Shown here one piece after another: positions 13,304-24,600 of a DNA stretch of 64,000 nucleotides. Made by a program: the position numbers and the translations under genes. Each line of letters starts with the position of its first letter. Within the stretch, counting starts at the first letter, position 1. This DNA is from Lytechinus pictus. Lineage: Eukaryota. The DNA lies in contig NC_087251.1 in NCBI RefSeq assembly GCF_037042905.1, positions 16,866,001 through 16,930,000 on the forward strand, given 5' to 3'. The notes under the pieces are model-generated. The model ran no database searches, was not told where the DNA came from, and saw only the letters and a list, made by a program, of their open reading frames with translations.

Positions 13304-14191
13304 ATGCAGATTCAACAGAAGAAACGGCTGTCAAACATTCGGAGCAGTCGTCATAAGAATAACCCAGTACTTGATAAAAAGTGTGAAAGAAGCACATTGC
13401 AGTTAAAAATTGCTAAGATATTTAACTATGTTGGAGTTGTATTCATTCTGTTGTTACTCTTTGTATCATCGACTACCGTTACTTTTTTTACCATCCCTGA
13501 AGTAGTGGAAAAACTTGGTTTCATTGCATGGAAGCACCTGATGTTTACCACATTTGCCTTGGGATCTACCTTTGCAAATTTTCTACTGGCTGTATTTACA
13601 AACACGTCAATACCAAGCAATTATGAGTTAAGAGGAGGGACTAAGACTTCACTGCCAATCCGTGCCCATTATTGTAGTTTGTGTAAATCTGCAATTCTGA
13701 AACATGATCATCACTGCTATGTGCTTGGAAAGTGCATTGGGTATCATAATCAGAAGTATTTCATCTGGTTTTGCTGGTACTCGATGGTGACGGCTTTCTA
13801 CTCTTTGTTCCTGACGGCCTTGTACCTGAGTTTAGCCCATTCGGTGGAGTTCCCTGGTGCCTGGACCTACTTTCTCCTTCTACCCAGGGCTGTGGTAGGC
13901 TGGTTTTCTGGCCATACTGATGTAATGGAGCTTGCATTTACTCTGCTACTCTACATCCAATTGGTCGGTGGCTTTGTAGCTGCTGGGTTCTTTGTATGGC
14001 AGATTTTCTTGGTAATAACAGGGTTGACAACACATGAGGCCCTCTATGGAGAGAAGTTTAGACTGAAACGCCAGGCAGGAATGTACGCTAAATGGACTGA
14101 AGTCTTTGGAAAATACTGGTTTATTGGAATGGTTGTACCATTGCCATTCCCTCAATGTGGTAATGGGTTGTATGAAAAACTGGAGAATTGA
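13304..14191 (+). CDS. ZDHHC22: DHHC palmitoyltransferase, ZDHHC22-like, single coding exon
   Basis: 295-aa ORF with two N-terminal TM segments, the Cys-rich domain PIRAHYCSLCKSAILKHDHHCYVLGKCIGYHNQKYF, two further TM segments and a TTxE motif (GLTTHE). The HDHHC context and the missing first CxxC resemble ZDHHC22; orthology is by recognition, not by search. Confidence 0.9.
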   Translation: MQIQQKKRLSNIRSSRHKNNPVLDKKCERSTLQLKIAKIFNYVGVVFILLLLFVSSTTVTFFTIPEVVEKLGFIAWKHLMFTTFALGSTFANFLLAVFTNTSIPSNYELRGGTKTSLPIRAHYCSLCKSAILKHDHHCYVLGKCIGYHNQKYFIWFCWYSMVTAFYSLFLTALYLSLAHSVEFPGAWTYFLLLPRAVVGWFSGHTDVMELAFTLLLYIQLVGGFVAAGFFVWQIFLVITGLTTHEALYGEKFRLKRQAGMYAKWTEVFGKYWFIGMVVPLPFPQCGNGLYEKLEN

Positions 14192-14975
14192 GAATCTATG
14201 TTTATGCATGTAATATTTTGAGTTTGGATTGATTTTGCTAACCTTTTTTTTGTTTTGTCTACTGGGGAAGTCCTCATGATGAGTTCATTGGGATTAAAAC
14301 TGTAAAAAAAAATTAATCAGCAATTAAGGTTTGGTGAAATTCTTTCAGAGGATAATAACATCATGCATTAGAAGTTTGTAGCATTAAGTGAGAGTTGCTC
14401 TCCCATTAAGTTGTCATTTTCAAATTGGTCACAATGACATTAATAAGTGTTTTGCATACATGTAGTAGTGTTAATGAAATTTTGCAGGGTTTAGCAGGGC
14501 TAAGATTTTAATTTCTGTGTTAACTTTGGATTAATTCTACTTTTCTTACATGTACTTGGTATTCAGTGGATAATCTACACATGCTATAAAATATCTAATC
14601 ACTAGCCTTGAGTTTTGGTTTTCATAGATGTTGGATATTTTCTTTGTTAATACAAGTGAAAACTGAAAGTGTGGTAGATCAATTCTAACAATACTGCATT
14701 TCAGGATGGTGTCCCTATATCTAAGTTCTTTTTCAAAACATTTTATAAATAATTCCTTTTTCAAATATAAAACATAATATGCAAAAATATCCCTGCTAAC
14801 CCAAAGGTATTCCAGTGGTCTAAAGGACCTTAGTTCCAGCTTTTTTACTGTCCATCATTTACAAACAAAATATATCATAATTTTATAGACTTTTGGAGCA
14901 GATACATAAAATCTTTATTTGAATGATTGTAATTCATCATTGGAAAGAATCTCAGAAACATTGATTCTAATGTGA

Positions 14976-16497
14976 ATTGATTCTAATGTGTATACAAGGT
15001 AGTCTGTGGAATTGGATAAAGTCGTTTGTATCTAATCGTTACCAGGTTGTGCAATACCGTGGTTCTTGCTCAGATCCTGCAATTGTTTCTTCTGGTATAC
15101 CCCAAGGAAGTGTCCTGGGTCCGAGATTGTTTAATATGTTTATCAATGATCTAGTAAGAGTTGTCCAATCACATTGCCTGCTTTTTGCAGATGACACATT
15201 GATATATAGATTGATTAGAGACCCAGTTGAGACCAGATTCCTTCAGGAGGATCTAGATAGGGTTGTATCATGGTGTAGTCTTAACAAGATGCAGTTGAAT
15301 GCCAGTAAAACCAAAGCTATGAGAATTGCTCCTCGTAAAAAGAATGTTGGTAACACTAGTTACATGATAGATGATGAGGTAATTGAACAGGTCAGTTGTA
15401 TCAAGTACTTAGGGGTATTTCTCAATTCCCAGTTGAATTGGGATGACCATGTTAATCATGTTGTTTCAAGGTGTAACCGTATGCTCGGGCTCCTAACCCG
15501 TATGTCGGCTGGCCTCTCTTCACGAGCGCTTCTGACATTATACAAGTCACTTGTGTTGCCCATCCTTGATTACGGAGTGCCAGCTTGGATGGTCTATACT
15601 CAGAATCATATTGATATGCTTGAGCACATTCAGAGAAGGGCAACACGAATGATTCTCAGACAGCGACGTCAAGAGATGCCATATGACCAACGTTTGCGAT
15701 TATTAAAATGGCATACGCTAAAATCTCAGAGGATTTTCTTAATGGTGTCCTTTTTTGTTAAATTGTTGTATGGTTTGATCGTTTGCGAAGTCGCAAGGGA
15801 TAATATTGTAATACGTGTAAGACGTTCTGACGTAGATGTTAGATTTGTACACCTAAAGGCAAGAACAGAGAGACTCCATCAGACTGCAATTCACAGATAT
15901 CCCATAGTATGGGAAGCCCTGCCCTCTGAAAGCAGAGTTGAAATAGTCTCAGGAAACATTAATCATGTTCTGTGTGTCCTCAAGAGGGATATCCTTAAGT
16001 TCCAGTTAGATTAAAATATAAATTAGAATATGTCTAAAGATCCACAACACATTATCAAGTTTCTTTTTAATTTTCTAAACTGTGTCCAATTTATTATTTC
16101 TTTATATCTTTTATCTCATTCGTTGTAAAGTTATTTATTTCCACTGTTGGCTCAATTATATTTAACCGAATATTTGTTCCTCCTGTTTTCTTTGGTTAAG
16201 TCAAACATAAGTTGGTTCCCTTTTTTTTTGTGCAACCTACCTGTCTTGTACTATTATGTTATTCTATTTTGTAACTCTATTATGTAATGATCTTTTTTTC
16301 ACCCAATCAGGTGTGGGAGGGAAGGCCTGTGGGCCATGGCCATTAAGTTGACCTATTCCCTACCCAGGCTACCTGGTTGGGTGAGAAAGGGTCTAAAAAT
16401 TATTTGTATTTTTGTATTTTTTCTCAATTTTGCATTGTACATGCTGTTTTGTTTTTGATGAAGTGCCGAATAAAATAATAATAATAATAATAATAAT
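14976..16497 (+). mobile_element. 5'-truncated non-LTR retrotransposon (CR1/L2-group LINE): RT C-terminal part, 3' UTR and (AAT)n tail
   Basis: Open 345-codon frame 14977-16014 with GIPQGSVLGPRLF, FADD, KYLGV, LYKSLVLPILDYG and LEHIQRRATRMI. It is followed by a ~480-bp UTR ending in AATAAA(ATA)n near 16470-16497. Confidence 0.93.
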
Positions 16498-16671
16498 TCT
16501 CATATACATTGCAGGCCTACATTATGTGAATCATCATACCGTGTCCAAAATTTGCTTGTTTATGTCCTTCATAAGATTTGAATCAAATTCTTGATGTTCA
16601 CTTTCTGGACAGTGATGTACAGGGTAGCATTTGGCTTAATTGGTAGAAAAGTCACTTAATCTTCACCTATC

Positions 16672-17752
16672 CAGTCAGTCGGCAGGTCCCAAGAAAGTGG
16701 CTTCTTTCATCCAAGTGATATTCATGACTTGAGATGTTTTGCATATTTAGTGAGCTTGATGCGGACCAAAACACCTCTTTTCATTTGGTCATTGCTGCCC
16801 TAATTGTGCATCAAATTTAATGATTTTGGTATCATTGTAAAGAAGAAGAACCATTCTTTTAGGTCATGTGTTTGAATTTATTCAAAGGTTTTGTAATATA
16901 GGTTAAAATTTTGATCTAAAATATGCTACAAAATAATTATTTTCACCTGACAAAAGCTGCTATTTTCACACTTTATTTTTGTTTGAACCCAGCGATTTTT
17001 AAATCATGATAAAGCTGAATATGTATGCTTTAAAATGGTATAGGTTTCAAAATAAGACTTGGTTTAATCGGATCAAGATCACACTTTTCATTGGCCAAGT
17101 ACATAAAGCAACTTGAAAACAAGAATACTGCGCTCTGATTGGTCAAAGAGACCACACACTGGCAAATTCCAACGGTTCCAGTGCCTGGGTTCATGGAAAG
17201 GTCACACTTCCCATGTGGTAATCTCCTCAAATTACCCGCGCCTGTTGTTCTGTGAACCTTATTCAGCCAATCAGAACTCTGGATTTCATGCAAGTACAAA
17301 ATTTCAGAAATCTCGTCTTGTACCTTGGTGGGAAAAGTGTGATCTTGACCCGATTAAAAGGTGCCGCATATCAAGAGTGGCATTGTGAGAAAGTACAGAA
17401 GTTCAGCTTTATGGTGATATATATATCATTGAGGCTCAAAATAAAAAAGTTTTGCACAATTTGCAAAAGAAAACAGAGGAAGAAAATTCAGTTTTGAGGC
17501 ACATTTTCAGGCAAGAAATTTACTTATTTATCAAAATATTGTATACAAAATAAATGACCAATATGAAAGAATAACATTTACTCTATCTGATGGTGCAATA
17601 ATATTTCATTTAACTTGATGTTAAAACAGGTAAATTCTTAGAGAAAGAAATTCTCACAAATCACGAGATTTTGCAAGGAGGATTCAGCCACGAGATGATT
17701 TGGATGAATCTGGCCTTTTTGCTCATTAGCATAGGGACCTGCGGTCTGACTG
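16672..17752. mobile_element. Non-autonomous DNA transposon with long imperfect inverted arms
   Basis: TIRs CAGTCAGTCGGCAGGTCCC / GGGACCTGCGGTCTGACTG with a TATC direct repeat on both flanks. Internal inverted pair TTAATCGGATCAAGATCACACTTTTC (~17064) / GAAAAGTGTGATCTTGACCCGATTAA (~17332). Confidence 0.8.
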
Positions 17753-18588
17753 TATCAAAATACATGTACATTTTAGATCTCACACCTTACAAGAATTTGT
17801 ACTGTAATTTGAGTATTTTTGTTTTTCACTGTTACAAATAACAGATCCACTGTTTGTACAATACCCAAACATAGAATCATGCTTTAAATAAAAAATAGAA
17901 AAATATGTCATGTGTAACCTTTTCTGTGTGCAATCCCACATCCATATTTATATGTGCTCTACTTGCACATTATGTGGCTTCTACCTCATTTCTATCAGTG
18001 TAAGGAAACAGAAAAAACACCTTAATAAAGAGATCATACCTATGCATACTTAATAAAATTATTGATGTTTCTTGAATGTGTAATGTCATCAGCAATTTGC
18101 AGTTTTGAAGTTACATGTACATTAACTACCAAAATCAATTTGCATATTGGTAATCTTGGAGCTTTTACAAATTGAGAAAGAACAAAATCAATTTGCATAA
18201 GAATGTCTTCATAAGTTTCATATAAAAAACAAAATGCTTTGATGGAATGACAGCCCCCCCCCCATTTTTTAAGGGAATAAGAGAAAAGAGACTGTTTTGC
18301 CAAATTTAGTTAATTAGATGGCATTCCTGAAATTGTAGTTACTTATTGAAATTTATACTTGTACACTGCATGACCATATTGCACTCTTCAATGTACACAT
18401 CAATCCTACATGTACCTGTATATGCCTTGAAGTTCTGTGACCTACATGTATTCATCTCCCAAATCATGTTGAGTTATTTTGGATTAAACATTTTGTCTAC
18501 AACCAAATAATTTCTTTTTCAATCAGGTAGGTATTTGTGATATATATATTGTTAAAATTGAAACAATTTAATCAAAGTTTAAGCTATA

Positions 18589-18701
18589 CACTACTAGTCA
18601 CAATTCTATGACTACCTGTTTCACCAGAGAGCAATAGATTCGGTCCATTGAATCTATTGTTCTCTGGTGAAACGGTAGTCAAAGAATTGTGACTGGTAGT
18701 G
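18589..18701. mobile_element. Palindromic CACTA-ended MITE (fold-back hairpin)
   Basis: ~52-bp arms CACTACTAGTCACAATTC...CAATAGATTC / GAATCTATTG...GAATTGTGACTGGTAGTG, 8-nt loop, TA on both flanks. Confidence 0.8.
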
Positions 18702-21688
18702 TAGTCTTAGATTCAAAGCTCTACTTGGAATAACATGACTCATATGCTACATGTATGTATTTTTTTCCTTTGATACCCTAGGTGCATACACTTTGTAGCT
18801 TCTGTTCATGATATCAGAATGACTTTTGTGGCCAAGAGAAAGAAACATTGATTGTGCAGGTAGAGAATTGGAAAAATAGACAAAAAAGAACAAAAGAATG
18901 CTGTAAATAATATTGGTAAGCATGTATATATGTTTGGATATCAAGTAAATTTACAAATTGTAAATGAAAGTACATTTCTGTATATGTATGTTTGATATGT
19001 ATATATTTGAAGAAAACATGTTTGTGTACTGGCAACTGAAATAAAGACACTTGTAAAACATTCTTACACATGTAATAATTGTATTATTTACTGTGTGTTT
19101 ATTTTCCAATGTAGATCAGCACACAATTGATCATGCGATGGAATGCATATATATCTCAATATAAAAATCACACTCACTAATAAAATGCAATACCAATGTG
19201 AAAGGTGAAAACTTTGTCATTGTCCACAGTCTCGACTCCAAAAGAAGGTGAAAATAATAACTATTAAATGAGCTTTGTAGATGGTTTAGGGTTCGAGAGC
19301 TCAACTACAAGTTTCTAATTCATACAGAAAATAATATTTTGCAATTATGGTAATTACCATGATAATAGACAATCATGGTAGTTAATAATATAGTTAACTG
19401 TAAATGACATTGGGCTCAAAACTATAGCATAATAGAAGAATATCAACCATTTTAAAATACAATATTGATGTATTGCCTTTAATTTACATTGTGTGCCAAT
19501 CAAAAAACTGAGAGCAAAATAAACGTCAGCATAAATGACATACATTTTGCTCTTTTATGGGAAATGTCATCTTTGACGTTTATTTCATTTTGTCATTGCA
19601 AAGCAGACAGTGGTAGGACTTGAAGAGCCCAAACATTCAGGTTCTAAATAGTGTCACATACCATTTTGATATTATCACTGCCATACACAACAAAGGAGGG
19701 ACTGGAGAGTGGAAATTACCCCCTCCATTGTTTTGCCCAAGATGTATATTCTTAAATGCAGATTTTAACAAAATTCCACTAAAAGTGTGTGACGGATCCA
19801 GTATTCTGAACTCCGGGTTTATTTTTTAAATCGTATGACACCCAAATTGTTGATAATTGTCTGGGAATGATAACTGAAGAATTTTTCTTTGTTATGAAAG
19901 TAATATGAAACAAAATACTGAACATAAGAGATATACAATATAAAATGAAATTTTTTGCTCCCCATAATTTTAGCACAGAGTTAGACTGTGATCTTAGTTA
20001 AACCTGACTTCAGAGTACAGGCCGAAAAGTTCAATTTACATTAAATCATCCCCACACTCCTTTGTGATCTGTTATTAAAAACCATACATGTACATACACA
20101 TACCCCCCATAAAAAAATATGTGTACAACCATGGAAATTATTCTTGTACACTCTTTTTGTAGAAAAGTAATTTTCTTAAAATGACTGCATGCTGTAAAAG
20201 GCTGCTTGGGCTAACGCTTATGCAAGGTAATAATATCCAATTCTTTTGGAAGCTGATAGAGATGTAAGAATTGTGCATAATTATTATTATTTCACATGAA
20301 AATTAAAAGAAACACAAGATGCAAATGTGGATAAGGCAAATGATGGAATGTATACAGACGGGCTATGCAACATACATGTAGCTGGTTGATATCTACAAAT
20401 TGATCATCTTTAAATACAAAAAAGCCTTGCTTGCTACATATAGATTAGAGATATCTAATTGTCAAGTGTACAGAAGTTTCACTGAAAAACACAATATACT
20501 TTCAGATGTCTCTGATATAAAAATACATACACCCGGGGCATGTAACACAAAGCTTAGCAATCATGGTAGAACTTTTTTTTTCATGATTGCATTGACTACA
20601 TTGTTCATTTACTCATGAAAATCAAGCGTACGATTAATCACTAACCTTTGTGCTATGGGACCCTATAGTTTTGTTTTTACAATGCTAAAAAGAAACTCAA
20701 ATGTGTAACAAATACACATACATTTCCATGTTATTAGTAGTACTGTATAAAAAGGCACTTTTAAACACTTGCTTGGACATCAACTGCTTTGGATATTATC
20801 TAATCTAAAGTTGGACGGAATTCTTAAAATAAAGCAGTATACCATTTCATGGGCTTACATGTACATGTACTCTTTAACTTTTCTTAGGCTGACAATCTTT
20901 AGACTGATCTCTGACACTCACCAACATGTACAGAAGGATTCAAGGATTTATTTACAATCAAGCGTAGCTCAAAAATTTTTCATGCTGGTACATGTATATC
21001 AATAAGTATATAAAATTTTAATGGTATTTACAGAAAAATCAACCCAAACATTTCTAAATAAGATACAGTAATTTACTTAAGAAGAAAACAAAACTACAGG
21101 AGAGCAGTTTTGATTAAGATTATTGATTTAAATGAAGGAAATCAAGGGGGCATTTCATCAATGTCCATAATTTGACAATTTGTCAGATCTGACAAATATC
21201 CGTTATTTGATTGCCCAAAAAGCACAGGTGCCTCAATATTTACTACAGTAACTCTTAGATAATGACAACTTTTAAGAAAAGTTCTCATGGGCCCGTTACA
21301 CAGAGCATGGCCATTGACAATGGGGCTGATTTCTATAATTGATGGCATCGATTATTATCTATGATCAATTTTTAAAAAATCAGCCTTACTATCAATTACT
21401 AAGCTTCATGTTATAGGCATGTGGTCATAAATAATTAACATACCCATACAATCAATAATGTTATTACTTGTGACCAACAATATGAAACAAATGCAAACAT
21501 GCTTATAATGTTATTTCTTGTAATTAAAAATGAAATGGGAACAAACATGGACTTAAACTAAATGTTACATGCTACATTTACCGATACAAAATGTAGAAAA
21601 AAGGGTAGAAATATACATGTATCTCCATCTTACATGATTTAGTGTACATACTTCACAGCAATCTTGTATATACATTGGATAATGACCT

Positions 21689-24600
21689 CTAGAGCTGAGC
21701 TAGGAGAGTTCCAACAACCTGTGGGAGAGAGAAGATAAGAGCGGTCATATGATAGCAATAAGAAAGGGAGTTGGGAGTGGGGAAACAACAAAGAGCAGCT
21801 TACAAACAAACAAATATACAGGACGTGCATAAAAAATTGTAGATAATAAAAGAGAAAAGAAATGAGAGAGAGAGCGAGAAGACAGAGAAACGTACAGAAA
21901 ACCTATTATTTCTTGGCAAATATTGTGGTAGGGAATGTTGTAGGAAATTATTACAAAAAAAAAAAAAAAACTGGACATGTTGCTACAAATAATGCTAAAA
22001 CATTTTCATTTATTTCAAGCATGATAGATCTGCGTGGTATATGCCTTTCCCAAAGATGTGGCTGGGAATTGAACCCTTAACCTTTGTGTGTTTACCAGGC
22101 ACGTTAGACCACTCAGCCACAGCACCTCCACTAAAGGAAATAAGTGATAATTGTACGGAGTATACATTATAAGACTATATCAAAATATTGCATGCTGGAT
22201 AAGAATGCAGGCCCCATATTGAGGTAGGAAATAGGTCTTGAGATGGCGCTGTTCAAAATTGCTTTAATATGCTGACTGATGTAATTCTCATCATCATCAT
22301 TCTCTCCCCATCCTTGTTATAAAAAGATTATGTATCGTATTTTTTCCCTTCTCAATGGGTTTTTGGCGATTACACTTTCACAACCTACATGGAAAGTCCT
22401 GTCTATCTTGATTGTACTGGCAAAATGACTCAATTCAATTAATTTGAACGTATGTGAGAAAGAAACAAATTTACCTCTGCTTTCTTTGCTATACTATCTT
22501 GCCGCTTGCATAGTTTGGTGATGATGTCAGTCATAGCGATCGCACTCATGTAGATACCAGCCACACTCCTAGAAATCAAATATGAAGTGAAATGTATTAT
22601 TTAATACATCATTGCAATATAGTGAGCAAAGAGAAAATCCATCTTATGAATACATAATAACATCACAATACATATCATGTACAAGAATTTTCACTCATTT
22701 GAATGAAATATTGTGTTAATAATGACTGGCTTTTGCATGACTAGTTTGTCTAGATAAACCATTCTTGGAAAATGGAACATAATCGTTTGTTTTATGTGAG
22801 AGTTTTATTACTTCTCAAGTATATTTCAAAGTAACTGATGCTTTCTCTAACCAATGGTCCTACCAATAATGAATGCAACACATGAGCCTTAACATAAACT
22901 TAAAGTTTGTGAAAGTGTGATGTAACAATTCATATTTGAGGGGTTTTTTCTAGAAAAACCTGAATAGACCATGATTCGATTTATTTTGGACAATCTTTTC
23001 AGGAATGCATTTGTAGAAAGAGAAAATAATTGGCAACTTGATGAAATAAGAGATGCTCTCACCATAACTTTTTAAAATGTTATCTTGGGTCCAATATAAC
23101 CAAGTAATATTTAGGGGTACAATATATAATGGTCAGAATTCTCAAAGGAAGTTTTGACATTATAATTATGAAACCATGGTTACTGGAAATTTGTAAACTG
23201 ATTGAGCATGTTCATTGAAAAATTCAAATAAATGAATGTGCTCTTTTGTCAGAGCAGAAATCCATGATTTTTGTCATGGTTGGTGAGATCAATATTTATT
23301 CAAATGGGCCCACAATTCAAATAACTTGAAATAAATATTACCGTTTTCAAACCATACATGCAGCAAGAAGTATAAATTCAACACCACGACAAAAGCCCTC
23401 ACTTATTATTGGACCTTTCTCAATGCACTTTCTAAATTAGTCAAAATTATAATTCATGAAATCTGCATAAGCCTTTACACTTAACCCTTTGAACCCAGTA
23501 GGACTACCAGTGAATGCTCATATACCTGATAGGCCGATACTTCAGACTATGTGACTTAAAAAGCATGGGTTCTGCATGTCAGGTGATCTTTTAAAAATGA
23601 CGTCATCTTTCTAGCATGTGTAGGGATATATAGTCAATAATTTCAGTCAAGATTTGTATTGATTAATACGTACAAATAATTCAGGGTATGGGTCACAGAC
23701 CCTAATAATTTATTGTTCAAAGGGTTTTAAACCATGATTTAAAAACCACTTTGAGGAATTGGGCCCCAAAAAGTCAAAATTTTCAGATCTGCCTTACCTG
23801 CTTTCTTGCAAATTACCAGAGAAGCTTTGGTTTCTGTGAGCTATCAAATCAGTCCACCAGAATCTTAACATGGTACGCAGTGTATCCAGACTCGTCTTCA
23901 CGTAACTATAGCAAAGAAATACAGAGAAAACATCGTAAACCAACATCTATCAAGTTTCAACATAGTTTAAGCAAACCAAACTTGAAATCATAAAATCTCA
24001 TTTTTCTGGCCACACATGCAGGTACTTTTCAATTAAATAATGCAAAAAAAAAATCAGGTTATTTTGGCACTTTCACAATGACTTTACAAAGAGCTTAATG
24101 AAACGGTTCCCTTGTATCTTTTATACTCCATAAGATTACTTACTCTTCATACTTGCTGCTTAGAAGTTTCTTGAGAGTAGGGAGTAAATCAAAACATGCT
24201 CCTAGTGATAGCTGTTTGCTAACTGGTGTCTTGTTCTTTAAGCTATAGAGGAAGAGAGAGAGAAAAAAAAGAGGGGAAATAAATGGTAAATCATGAATAC
24301 CCAACCCCATTTCACTATTCTAAGTAACCTCTGAAAGATCATAATAATAATTACATTCTTTATTTTCAACTATAAGTTTCAACTTCACTAATAAATTTTG
24401 TTCACAATTTATGTATGTGGCTATTCTGTCCTTTTCAATTTTGTTGAGAACCTACACGTTTAATGCACCCCTTAAATGTTAGAGTGAAACAGCTTTACTT
24501 TTGATTTTGTTAATATGTAAGGAACAAACCTGGCATTGTATGTACCTCAACACCAGCTTAAACACTAATTGAAATAAGATTTGAGTTAGTTGCAGTTAAA

